Positions 40,789 through 50,123 of a stretch of 64,000 bases of DNA are shown here, one piece after another; positions within the stretch are counted from its first letter, which is position 1; every line of letters begins with the position of its first letter. Origin of the DNA: a virus. The translations under genes and the position numbers were made by a program. Below the pieces are notes generated by a model. That model was not told the origin of the DNA, made no database searches, and saw only the letters and a list, made by a program, of their open reading frames with translations. The stretch covers positions 24,966-88,965 of IMG/VR virus record IMGVR_UViG_3300009085_000002; one strand, given 5' to 3'.

Positions 40789-41448
40789 TTATTTTATTTC
40801 TATATAAAAAGGTTCTCCTACTTCTTTAATACTGAAAGGTATACTACAAATAGGTTCTGAAGAATATTTATTAGTTAAATAATTTGCTACTACTTGAGTT
40901 ATTCTAGCACCTATTAAGCCTGCAAAAAAAGCTGTTTGCTTAAATGTACAAGGACCTTCATCTACTTCTTTATCATCAAATAAAGTTTTTTCATACTCTT
41001 CTTCTTTTCCTGGAGTAACTATATATATTTCATATAAAGTTGCTCTTAGCCTACCATCTATTAACAATTCTCTACTATTTTGAACTTTCCAAGCTTGATA
41101 TACTAATTTTCTAGTTTCCATATTATCTAAAGCTGTAATAGTTATAGGACTACAGAATTCTGAACTATAAGATTGTTTAAAAGTACGTATATAGCCTAAT
41201 TCACAATTTGTTTTAATAGATTCTACTTTATATTTTCCAAGTTGATCTTTTTTAAAAAACTGGCTGCCTATATTATGACTTTCAACTATATCTTTGTCTA
41301 TAATATTATATATAGCTGGAATACTTTTAGTTAAAAAATATAATGCATTACTTCCTATTCCACCACACCCAACTAGTAATATTTCTTCGTTTTGACTCTT
41401 TTCAAACCAAGGAGAATCTTTAGTTCTGTTAAAATATTTTATATCCAT
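40789..41448 (-). CDS. ThiF/MoeB-family E1-like ubiquitin-activating enzyme
   Basis: LVGCGGIGS nucleotide-binding loop, IDKDIVESHNIGSQ, K, ALDN, DGRL; candidate catalytic Cys in EGPCT; no CxxC Zn pairs. Confidence 0.85.
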   Translation of the reverse strand: MDIKYFNRTKDSPWFEKSQNEEILLVGCGGIGSNALYFLTKSIPAIYNIIDKDIVESHNIGSQFFKKDQLGKYKVESIKTNCELGYIRTFKQSYSSEFCSPITITALDNMETRKLVYQAWKVQNSRELLIDGRLRATLYEIYIVTPGKEEEYEKTLFDDKEVDEGPCTFKQTAFFAGLIGARITQVVANYLTNKYSSEPICSIPFSIKEVGEPFYIEIK

Positions 41449-42531
41449 TTATTCAATGTAAGTTATTAATATATTTTTTATAATTTCAAAGAAATCTTTA
41501 TTTTCATAAGTATCCTTAAAATCCATTAATCTATTTAAGGCTTTTATACAATTATATCCTAATTTAGTTGGAGAATTATAAATACTTTCATGAATTAATT
41601 CTAAATTAATATCCAAACTATTTTCTAAAATATCTAAATCAGCGTCTTTTACAGAACCTAAATATTTAAGAGTTTCTTCTATACTATTGTTAGATTTAGT
41701 TACATCTAAATTTAGCCAAGCACTTAAAAAAGAATCTACATTATTGTTAGATATAATTTGATTATTATCCTTTATAGTAGAACTTTTATTAAAGACTTTA
41801 GATAAAGAATTTCTGTAAGTACTATTATGATTATAAGGATATTCAAAATCAGAATATGAGCTTATATTAGCAACAGAAAGTTCTTTTTTCTTATCTTCTA
41901 AAATTTTAATTCTATTCTTTAACCACTCAGGATTTTCTATATTATTATCTATAATAACCTCTAAATCTCCTATTAATAATATATCTTCTTCTTTAGTATT
42001 CTTAAATGGAGTTAATTTACCTAATGTATTTTTAAACCAACATTCTCTAGTTGTTTTAGATTTAGAAGGAACTGCTATTTTTGCACAATATTCATGCGAA
42101 AAATTAACTATTAAGGATACATAATAATTATAATTATAAGCATTAGTCTCTAACTCTGATAAATCTGTATTTGAGAAAAATGTGCTCATATTATGATGAG
42201 AATGTATTAATCCAGTAGACATGCTAATACCTTCTTTATGTATATCATAAGCATTTATTATTTCTCCATTATATTCAAATTCTGTATAAGCATGTGATCC
42301 TATATTCATAGGATATATAAAATCTGCTAGCACTTCTAGATCCTTTAGGTTATCTATATTTCCTTTAGAAATCTTATAGAATAGTATACCAGACCATTCA
42401 GTACTTCCTACTTTGTAATGTAAATAATTTATAATTTTTAGTAAATCTTTAGTTATTCTTAAAACACCTATTTTACCAATAGATACTTTTTTAACTTCTT
42501 TAATTATATTATTTGATATTGTTTCAGACAT
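41449..42531 (-). CDS. JAB/MPN+ (JAMM) metalloprotease with C-terminal extension
   Basis: EWSG...IHSHHNMSTFFSNTD = E...HxH-x7-S-x2-D. Confidence 0.85.
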   Translation of the reverse strand: MSETISNNIIKEVKKVSIGKIGVLRITKDLLKIINYLHYKVGSTEWSGILFYKISKGNIDNLKDLEVLADFIYPMNIGSHAYTEFEYNGEIINAYDIHKEGISMSTGLIHSHHNMSTFFSNTDLSELETNAYNYNYYVSLIVNFSHEYCAKIAVPSKSKTTRECWFKNTLGKLTPFKNTKEEDILLIGDLEVIIDNNIENPEWLKNRIKILEDKKKELSVANISSYSDFEYPYNHNSTYRNSLSKVFNKSSTIKDNNQIISNNNVDSFLSAWLNLDVTKSNNSIEETLKYLGSVKDADLDILENSLDINLELIHESIYNSPTKLGYNCIKALNRLMDFKDTYENKDFFEIIKNILITYIE

Positions 42532-43724
42532 TATATAGTTATATTTAATTTTTTATTAATAAGATATTCTTCAAAATTAGACTCTATTTTATCTACTACT
42601 TCTCTTAATATAATTCTATGAATTTGTTTAGGATAATTATCTTCTTTCATATTATTAATAATTTTAGAATATATATCTTTTCCATTAAATTCTAAACAAA
42701 GTTTAGGATCATCATTAATAAAATTATTATCAACTATAGGAGTATAAGAAATATTATTTTTTTGTATATAACAATTTTCTGGATATTTATTTGTTAATAT
42801 AGAATCTATTAAATCTATTGATGATTGACTTAACTTTATTGTATAACAATCTTTTACTATTTCAAAAGTATATTTAAAATTATTTATAGTATTAATAATA
42901 TAATTATAATACATATTATTCAAAAGTTTATTATTCTCATCAGTAGAAAGAATACACTGCGAAAGATTATTAGTTTTTAATAAATTACTAATAAACATAT
43001 AAGGACTACCTTCAATACTTTCCCAACTTAAATAAGAAGGTATACTTATTAATATAGAAGAAAAATCACTAAGCCCACCTTTATATATTTTATTTATAGA
43101 TTTCTGTAACTCTGTATTTCCAAAGCACAAACTACTCCATTGTCCTATCTTATTACTACGAGCATGAGAAAATAAATAATTATTTAAATATTCTGCAATA
43201 GATACAGTAGTTCTTGTCATATTAATATTTTCTACTAGCCATTTAGAATTTGTATATCTGAAAGTAAATTTAAAATATATATCATACATAGTATGAGATA
43301 ATTCAATACTATTTGTAATAGTTGTTTCTGGAAAATATAATGTTAAAGTAATAGTACGACTATCATAAATATTTAGCTCATAAGAATCTTTAGAATATAG
43401 TTTGCATACTGTAGCTTCTAAATAATGTGCAAATTTTTCATTATTAAATTTATGTATTTTGTTAAATAATAATTCCTTTAAATATATTTTTATATCTTTA
43501 TAATTTAGAGGTATAAAGGAATCATGAAAATTAAAGTACGACGCCATACAAATATTAGTACTAGTTAAAGTTTTATAGAATATATAATTTTTAAACACAT
43601 ATTCTTTTATTATTATATATGTATTATTAATATCTATAAAATATTTAGCTTGATGAACCGATTTACTTAACTCCTCTTTTAATTCCTTCTCTGATAACTT
43701 TAATAATTCTTCTGGTATTTGCAT
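42531..43724 (-). CDS. prokaryotic E2/UBC-like conjugating enzyme (putative)
   Basis: Beta-meander followed by YLFSHA-x-LCFG (His at ~43165, Cys at ~43126) then helices; sits between the Ubl and JAB genes. Confidence 0.6.
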   Translation of the reverse strand: MQIPEELLKLSEKELKEELSKSVHQAKYFIDINNTYIIIKEYVFKNYIFYKTLTSTNICMASYFNFHDSFIPLNYKDIKIYLKELLFNKIHKFNNEKFAHYLEATVCKLYSKDSYELNIYDSRTITLTLYFPETTITNSIELSHTMYDIYFKFTFRYTNSKWLVENINMTRTTVSIAEYLNNYLFSHARSNKIGQWSSLCFGNTELQKSINKIYKGGLSDFSSILISIPSYLSWESIEGSPYMFISNLLKTNNLSQCILSTDENNKLLNNMYYNYIINTINNFKYTFEIVKDCYTIKLSQSSIDLIDSILTNKYPENCYIQKNNISYTPIVDNNFINDDPKLCLEFNGKDIYSKIINNMKEDNYPKQIHRIILREVVDKIESNFEEYLINKKLNITI

Positions 43725-43742
43725 AATTTATTAAATAAAAGA

Positions 43743-43772
43743 AAGATAGACTATAATACTATAGTCTATCTT
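43743..43772 (-). terminator. intrinsic terminator between the Ubl and E2-like genes
   Basis: Perfect 13-bp stem AAGATAGACTATA/TATAGTCTATCTT, 4-nt loop, followed by TCTTTTATTT on the - strand. Confidence 0.7.
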
Positions 43773-43782
43773 ATAGTTAATA

Positions 43783-44301
43783 TTATTTTACTCTTCTTGC
43801 TAAATCTTCAACTTCAGCTTGTAATTCTTTCTTTGTAGTATAATCAACTAATGTATTTTTTTCTATTGCTTCTGAATTTTTTATTACAACATTATCTGAG
43901 TTCTTTGTTATAGTTTTAGTAGCACTTTTCATAGGTTTCTTAGTTATACTATTCCAAAAACCATTTAATTCTTCTGTAGTTGCATGTGTATAATTAAATG
44001 GAACATCTCCTCCATTTTCTTTATACTCTTTAATTTTTTCTTTAACTTCTCTATAAGATAAGTCTACTCCAGATTTAGTCTTAATAGGTACTACAAATAA
44101 CAAACAATCAATAGCAGGTAGTACTGCTTCATCTAATTCATAAGTATCGTGTGTAGCTCTGTCAATTAACTTTACAGAGCCCCAATTAATACCATATGAT
44201 GATAATTCTGAGCATAGTTCTCCTCTAGTGCGAGCACTAGTCTTTACTGTAATAACATCTTGTTGAGTTAACAACTTTAATTTCACAACACGTGTTGTCA
44301 T
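43783..44301 (-). CDS. ubiquitin-like (beta-grasp) protein precursor with C-terminal extension
   Basis: Residues 1-78 follow a beta-beta-alpha-beta-beta-beta pattern ending LLFVVPIKTKSG (Gly78), then a 94-aa extension. Confidence 0.65.
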   Translation of the reverse strand: MTTRVVKLKLLTQQDVITVKTSARTRGELCSELSSYGINWGSVKLIDRATHDTYELDEAVLPAIDCLLFVVPIKTKSGVDLSYREVKEKIKEYKENGGDVPFNYTHATTEELNGFWNSITKKPMKSATKTITKNSDNVVIKNSEAIEKNTLVDYTTKKELQAEVEDLARRVK

Positions 44302-44329
44302 ATTATATAATTTAAATTAATATTCTTAT

Positions 44330-45037
44330 CTACCAAATAATTTCAGATTTATTTCTTAACTTTAATTCTTCATTTGCCAATAAAAAACACTTGCTTCCTG
44401 TAAATGCTATAGGTGCTTGTTTAAGATTAGCTTGCTGTGTAGGACTTGGATGAGATGTATTAATTATACAATGAGTTCTATTATCTATTATATGTCCTAC
44501 TTTTTGAGCATCTCTACCGAATAGTAGCCAAATTAGATCTGGTTGCTTATTCAAAACTTTTATTACATATAAAGTAAATAATTCCCAATATTTAGTATGA
44601 GATTTTGGTTTACCTTTAATAACAGTTTGAGCTATATTATATAAAAATACTCCTTGTTTTGCCCATCTAGTTAAGTCTAATTCATCTAAAGTAAGAGTAT
44701 TAGGGTAACATTCTTTAACTTCTTTTAATATATTAACTAAAGATGGGCTAGGATATAAACTGTTTGAATTACTAAAGGCTAATCCATCATAAGTATAAAT
44801 TCTATTTGGCTCTACTGTAGGATAAGGATCCTGTCCTATTATTACAATTTTAACTTTATTTAAAGGAGTTTCTCTAAAAGCTCTAAATTGGTATTCAGCA
44901 CCTTTTTCTGGTATTATTTCATTAATAGATCTTTCTTGATTAATTAATTTTATCTGAGTACTAAAATGATCTGATTCTAAAGAATCTTTTAATTCTTCAT
45001 ACCAATCTTCTGAAAAGTATTGTTTATATTTATTCAT
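44330..45037 (-). CDS. ung: uracil-DNA glycosylase (family 1)
   Basis: IIGQDPY, GLAFS, PSLVNI, WAKQGV and SHPSP motifs. Confidence 0.92.
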   Translation of the reverse strand: MNKYKQYFSEDWYEELKDSLESDHFSTQIKLINQERSINEIIPEKGAEYQFRAFRETPLNKVKIVIIGQDPYPTVEPNRIYTYDGLAFSNSNSLYPSPSLVNILKEVKECYPNTLTLDELDLTRWAKQGVFLYNIAQTVIKGKPKSHTKYWELFTLYVIKVLNKQPDLIWLLFGRDAQKVGHIIDNRTHCIINTSHPSPTQQANLKQAPIAFTGSKCFLLANEELKLRNKSEIIW

Positions 45038-45404
45038 TTTCTAGTTTACAATAATTATCTAAGTAATCTTTTATAGTATTCCAATTAATACCTAGTTCAG
45101 CATCATGTTTATGAATCATTAACTCTAAAGTTTCTTGAAATTTAGATCTATCATATATTTTATTTCCTTCATTTTCATAATCTTCTATTTCTTGAGCTTG
45201 TTGTTCAAAATCTCCTATTGACCAACATATAAATCTATATCCTCTCCTATAATCATTAATTAGCTCTACTTCGTAAGGATCAGAAGTTCTAATACAAAAA
45301 TTACTTATATTATTTTGTTTAGGAAATCTAAATCCTCTTATTAGCATAATAATTAAGAATATAACTGAGAATATCAATAAAATATCTAAAGTACTTATTT
45401 TCAT
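45030..45404 (-). CDS. membrane-anchored hypothetical protein
   Basis: N-terminal TM helix; WSIGDF and HDAELGINW motifs. Confidence 0.55.
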   Translation of the reverse strand: MKISTLDILLIFSVIFLIIMLIRGFRFPKQNNISNFCIRTSDPYEVELINDYRRGYRFICWSIGDFEQQAQEIEDYENEGNKIYDRSKFQETLELMIHKHDAELGINWNTIKDYLDNYCKLENE

Positions 45405-45405
45405 A

Positions 45406-46023
45406 TCATTTCTTTCTTTTTATTGTTTGCCAAATGATTATATTATCAGGAAATTCTTGTTTATTTTTGTCAAGATACCTAATATTATCATTAAAATCAA
45501 TAATCTTGTAGCCAAAAGTCCAAAAAACTGAATAATCATAATCATAATAAACAGTATCTGACATTATTTTACCAGTGTGTTCATCTATATCCTCAATATA
45601 ATGACTAATAGAATATACTCTTTTTATATTACATACTAACAAATAAACCGAAATAGTGTCAAATTGTTTCTGATTGTAAGAACCACAAGATTTAGTTAAT
45701 TTACCTCCATAAGACATATTATTAGTGTCTAAAGGAGTAAAACCAATAAAAGTTTTAGCATATCCTTTTTCATTATAATCCACAGCATCTTTGTCAATAT
45801 GATAAGGTTTTGGTTCGATTCCAAAAAAAATATCTGCGTTGGGTATTGTTTTGTTATGTTCTTTCTCTGAATCAATATTATAATGAATATATCGTTTACC
45901 TTTATAAACTGGATGACAATCAGGTTCACCCCACGCAGGATTATATGATACTGAATCTTTATAACTCTGATTAAACGAATTAAGTGAAATCAATACAAAA
46001 TAGATAATTAATAATTTTTTCAT
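45406..46023 (-). CDS. secreted hypothetical protein
   Basis: Sec-type signal MKKLLIIYFVLISLNSFN followed by Q. Confidence 0.55.
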   Translation of the reverse strand: MKKLLIIYFVLISLNSFNQSYKDSVSYNPAWGEPDCHPVYKGKRYIHYNIDSEKEHNKTIPNADIFFGIEPKPYHIDKDAVDYNEKGYAKTFIGFTPLDTNNMSYGGKLTKSCGSYNQKQFDTISVYLLVCNIKRVYSISHYIEDIDEHTGKIMSDTVYYDYDYSVFWTFGYKIIDFNDNIRYLDKNKQEFPDNIIIWQTIKRKK

Positions 46024-46028
46024 AACTT

Positions 46029-46559
46029 TTAATCTTTATATAAGTTTAATTGAGATTTTAATTCACTCATTACCATATCTAATAAAGTTCTAAATAATGT
46101 AATATCAGAAAATTTTACCGAACCTTTTAAAAATTTATGATATTGTATTGTTACAGCACTAGTATTTCTTTGAATATAATCCCCTATATTTTCTCTAGTA
46201 TAACCTGCTAATATTGCTAAATATATAAATCCACTATTTAATACATTTTGTACTTTATCATTTCTAACTTTTTCTTTAGATATATTAGTTTTATGAGGCC
46301 TATAATCAATTAAATCTTCAAATTTATATCTAGTTACATATAAGGCATTAAAAATTCCTATTGTAATATTAGCTAAGATTTCTATTGATATAGTCTTAAA
46401 TGGTTTTAACATAAAGAAAGAGTCTTTATATAAAATATTAGCAGATAAAGATTTTTCAGTAAACTCTATATTTATCTTGGGAATTTTAGTATTTATTTCT
46501 CTATTTTCATTTATTTCAACATCATACTCGACAACTACTTTAAAACTTAGTTTATTCAT
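46029..46559 (-). CDS. hypothetical protein with possible C-terminal HTH
   Basis: GYTRENIGDYIQRNTSAV resembles a DnaA-C-like HTH. Confidence 0.45.
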   Translation of the reverse strand: MNKLSFKVVVEYDVEINENREINTKIPKINIEFTEKSLSANILYKDSFFMLKPFKTISIEILANITIGIFNALYVTRYKFEDLIDYRPHKTNISKEKVRNDKVQNVLNSGFIYLAILAGYTRENIGDYIQRNTSAVTIQYHKFLKGSVKFSDITLFRTLLDMVMSELKSQLNLYKD

Positions 46560-47385
46560 ATATAGTTTCTTTAGTTAAATCTGGAATTGATAATAATTCT
46601 GCATCTTTTTCAATAATGCCACCTAATTTATTAGATAGCTGTTCTCTGTACTTATCATTCTGATATAATATATTTCCAAGAGTACTATTTTTATGTAATC
46701 CTCTAAAATTGAGTATTTTATTCTTATACTCTTCAGAAAACTTAGAGTATTTCCCATCTATAAATATATTAAGTATAGATAAATCTGGTATAGAAAAACA
46801 ATATAAATGTCTATTTCTATCTAGAGTTTCATCATATAAATAATTTTTATGCTTACACAAATAAGAATCTAGTTCTATCCAAGAATCAGTACAATATCTT
46901 CTATATAATAGGTATATATTTGATTCAGAATCTAAATTATCTCTACCTTTTTTATCTCTATAAATAAAACTATTCATAAAATATGTATTCCAACTACATA
47001 ATTGAGAACTAGGAATTAAAGAAGGTAATATAAATTCACTAGTTTTTGTAAGTAATTCTTCAGATAATCTAAATTCTATAGGAGATTCTTGAATAATACT
47101 ATTTATTAAATATTTAGTTAATCCAAATCCTTTAGTATCTACCCCAGTTAAGCTTTCTTTGTACTTTATATTAATAATATCTTGTAAAGATATTGTATGA
47201 AATAATTTCTTCTTATTATAAAATTTTAAATTAGATATACTATTAAATATCTTTTCTTGTTTACACTCTCCTTTATAGCTTAATAAGAGTATTCTTGCAT
47301 TTATTGCTCTTATAGATATCTTCTCTCTTTGTTCTTCATCTAAAATAATTTGTTCCTGAAAGGATAAATCTTTCATTTCTCTCAT
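46552..47385 (-). CDS. hypothetical replication-module protein
   Basis: 277 aa; FIDGKYSKFS motif; adjacent to primase. Confidence 0.55.
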   Translation of the reverse strand: MREMKDLSFQEQIILDEEQREKISIRAINARILLLSYKGECKQEKIFNSISNLKFYNKKKLFHTISLQDIINIKYKESLTGVDTKGFGLTKYLINSIIQESPIEFRLSEELLTKTSEFILPSLIPSSQLCSWNTYFMNSFIYRDKKGRDNLDSESNIYLLYRRYCTDSWIELDSYLCKHKNYLYDETLDRNRHLYCFSIPDLSILNIFIDGKYSKFSEEYKNKILNFRGLHKNSTLGNILYQNDKYREQLSNKLGGIIEKDAELLSIPDLTKETIYE

Positions 47386-47401
47386 ACTTCTAATTTAATA
47401 A

Positions 47402-48442
47402 TTAAAATGAACATAATAAATTGTTCAATAATTCTTTTGTTTTATACTCTCCATATATTTTCCTATAATCAGAAATATCTGATGTAGTATTATCTGGAGT
47501 ATGGATATAAGAAATATTATATTTCTCTTTCCATTGCTTTGCATATTCTATACCTGGATTTGGATTCTTATTAAAATCATTATTTGCAAAATATATTTTA
47601 TGTTTATAATCTGTATTTAGTTTAGTCCAAATATTTGTAGAAAAAATTGTATTTTCAGAATTAGGTGCTATTATGTTTATATACCCTAATTCTTCCATAC
47701 ACATTATATCTTTTAGACTGGTTTGTATAATTAATAATTCACCTGGTTGTATAAAATTCTTATTAAATATCAAGCTTTTATCAGTATTACCAAACCAATA
47801 TTTATTAGGAGCATAAATTTTAATTGCTTCTATACCCTTTAAATTATTTCCTAGACCTATATAAGCATAAGCTAGGTAATTTCCTATATTTATAGCTTTA
47901 TCATTAATCCAATAAGTTGTTATAGGAATAACCAATTTTTCTTTTAATTTTTTCTTAGAAATTCCATACTGTTTCCAATAAGATAAATCCTCATTAGAGT
48001 AATATATAGAATTTCCTTTTATTTTTGCTTTTATTTTAATTTCAACTTCTATAGGATTATCTTGAATCTTAGGAACATTTTTTATTAAAACTTTATTACA
48101 AATAACATCAAATCTAGGTTTAACTAGATTTAGATTAAAAGCTTCATTTACTTCTGCTAAACATCTAATAAAACTATTATTATAACTATAATATTTAGTT
48201 CTTTGTAGAAATTGATACCATGTTTCAGGCTTTAATTGATTAGGATCTCCCCAATCTTTCATAAGAAGATCTCCTCTTGTACCATAACATATAGTACAAG
48301 AAGGATGATCTTCTTCTTTTCTCATTTTAAATGGTTTATTAATATTTTTATAATCAACTAAGTATGACCAAATTTCTTCTTGTGAAAGCTTCTTATGAAT
48401 ATTATCCAGATTAAGATTTGGTTTTATTTTAATCATACTCAA
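47402..48442 (-). CDS. DNA primase (DnaG-like TOPRIM, crAss-type)
   Basis: PF..R.EEDHPSC...KDWG N-terminal region; YWKQYGIS; SLKDIMC; APNSEN; NND; DISDY. Confidence 0.75.
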   Translation of the reverse strand: MSMIKIKPNLNLDNIHKKLSQEEIWSYLVDYKNINKPFKMRKEEDHPSCTICYGTRGDLLMKDWGDPNQLKPETWYQFLQRTKYYSYNNSFIRCLAEVNEAFNLNLVKPRFDVICNKVLIKNVPKIQDNPIEVEIKIKAKIKGNSIYYSNEDLSYWKQYGISKKKLKEKLVIPITTYWINDKAINIGNYLAYAYIGLGNNLKGIEAIKIYAPNKYWFGNTDKSLIFNKNFIQPGELLIIQTSLKDIMCMEELGYINIIAPNSENTIFSTNIWTKLNTDYKHKIYFANNDFNKNPNPGIEYAKQWKEKYNISYIHTPDNTTSDISDYRKIYGEYKTKELLNNLLCSF

Positions 48443-48831
48443 TCTTTTGGGTAGTATTTATTTACTAAAAATATATAAAATCCTTCAAATGTAGGAATAG
48501 TATGTTCCCAAATAAACCATCTACCTAAATAAGTTAATCCATTCTGATCTTTAATTGGATAGTTATATTGAGTTACTTCTACTTTTCCTATATAATTATT
48601 TTCATCTTTAAACCAATCATATTCAATCAAAACACTATCATTATAACTTTCTACTGAGTAATCTAATATATCTTGTAAAGTTATTACTGGATATCCCTGA
48701 ACTAACATAGGAATTTTAAATGAAGCATAAGGTTTATTATTAATATCTTTTACTTGCCATATACTATCTTTATTCTGGCTATATAATAACAAAGGAATAA
48801 AGAATACTAAAGCTAATAATACTTTTTTCAT
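48439..48831 (-). CDS. secreted hypothetical protein
   Basis: Signal peptide MKKVLLALVFFIPLLLYS followed by Q. Confidence 0.55.
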   Translation of the reverse strand: MKKVLLALVFFIPLLLYSQNKDSIWQVKDINNKPYASFKIPMLVQGYPVITLQDILDYSVESYNDSVLIEYDWFKDENNYIGKVEVTQYNYPIKDQNGLTYLGRWFIWEHTIPTFEGFYIFLVNKYYPKD

Positions 48832-48836
48832 ATAGT

Positions 48837-49106
48837 TTACTCTTTTAAATTGTATAAATATTCTTCAATATTTTCAGAGTTATTAAATTTAGATTCGTTA
48901 ATTTGTTCTTTATGTGTATGAGGATTTGTATCTTCTACATCATTAATAGAACAACAATACCCGCATATAAAACATTTGTAATGAGATTTTGGATCAAAAA
49001 AATGTCTTAGTTTTCTTTTACATTTTGTTAATATAGAATAACAATTAGGACAATGATTATTAGTGGTTTGCATATTTTTAGTTTTTAAATAAACAGCTCT
49101 ATCCAA
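48837..49106 (-). CDS. small Zn-ribbon protein
   Basis: CPNC...CFICG pairs; start may be the ATG at 49073. Confidence 0.5.
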   Translation of the reverse strand: MDRAVYLKTKNMQTTNNHCPNCYSILTKCKRKLRHFFDPKSHYKCFICGYCCSINDVEDTNPHTHKEQINESKFNNSENIEEYLYNLKE

Positions 49107-49170
49107 TTAAGAACAGAGCTGTTTCCAAATTTCACTTAATGTAGTTAATAATGTAAATTAATATATAAAT

Positions 49171-49872
49171 CTAAATATCATCATCTTCAACTATTTTATT
49201 AGCTAAAGATTTAGTATCATCTGGTTTTATATCATACTTTTTATAATCCCATTTAGAGTTCTTATCAAACTTAAAGAATTTCTTAACTCCTTCTTTTACA
49301 TAATATAAAGTTTGTACATCTTTATCTATTACTAACTCTTCTACTTCTATAATATTTTTAGTTAAGATATACCAATTACTATCTTTTCCTTTATATTCTC
49401 CAAAAGATAGAGTATATTTTCCAGGTTCATACTCTTCTGCTTTAAGCTTAACCCAAAAAGAACAATTCTTTACTATTGCTAAATACTTATCTAAATACTC
49501 TTTTAAAGTAGGTGCTTCTATTTTATCTACTTTACCTCTAGTATCTGTAATATCTGCAATAATAGCCAGATTTGCTAAAATTCTATCTATATAATTTTGA
49601 TCTTCTGGATCAAAATATATACCCATTTTAATAAATCCATAAGGTCCTTCTGCTGTTATTTCTGGGTCAGTATTTCTCCATTTAGCCCCTGTAAAGCCAC
49701 TACCAGAATATTTATCTCCTTCTAAATGAAAAGATAATTGAACTTTAGTATTATCCTTATTATACTTTAAATCATAGCCTTTTATACTAACTTTATTAAA
49801 GCCATAATTTAAGTAAGAACTAGTAAATTCCTGTGCTTCTGTGTGTGTTTTTCCTTTAGTTGTAAACGCCAT
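49171..49872 (-). CDS. putative single-stranded DNA-binding protein
   Basis: Beta-rich, acidic C-terminal tip (VEDDDI), located between the primase and AAA ATPase genes. Confidence 0.45.
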   Translation of the reverse strand: MAFTTKGKTHTEAQEFTSSYLNYGFNKVSIKGYDLKYNKDNTKVQLSFHLEGDKYSGSGFTGAKWRNTDPEITAEGPYGFIKMGIYFDPEDQNYIDRILANLAIIADITDTRGKVDKIEAPTLKEYLDKYLAIVKNCSFWVKLKAEEYEPGKYTLSFGEYKGKDSNWYILTKNIIEVEELVIDKDVQTLYYVKEGVKKFFKFDKNSKWDYKKYDIKPDDTKSLANKIVEDDDI

Positions 49873-49892
49873 AATAATTTATTGTTTTATAT

Positions 49893-50123
49893 TTATATTC
49901 TTTCATTATTCTCTGGAGCTTTATTGGGTGCTGGACTAAGCCCAGTAACTACTATACCTATTGTATATTTCTTAGGTTTTTTAAATTTTAATTCTTCTAA
50001 TCCCCATAAAAAGTCAATTTCTGCTGGATTAAGTTCCAACTCTTCATTAATTTCTGATCTCTTTTTTCCTTCATTAAGCATATCCAAAATAGTTTGGATA
50101 TTAATTTCTCTTTTTTCTGACAT
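49893..50123 (-). CDS. small hypothetical protein (HTH-like)
   Basis: LNEGKKRSEINEELEL resembles an HTH; coupled to the upstream gene. Confidence 0.45.
   Translation of the reverse strand: MSEKREINIQTILDMLNEGKKRSEINEELELNPAEIDFLWGLEELKFKKPKKYTIGIVVTGLSPAPNKAPENNERI

Noticed and set aside
40789-41448. ThiF protein as part of thiamine/molybdopterin biosynthesis
   Set aside because: No thiG/thiS-operon or moa genes nearby; neighbours are JAB, E2-like and Ubl genes
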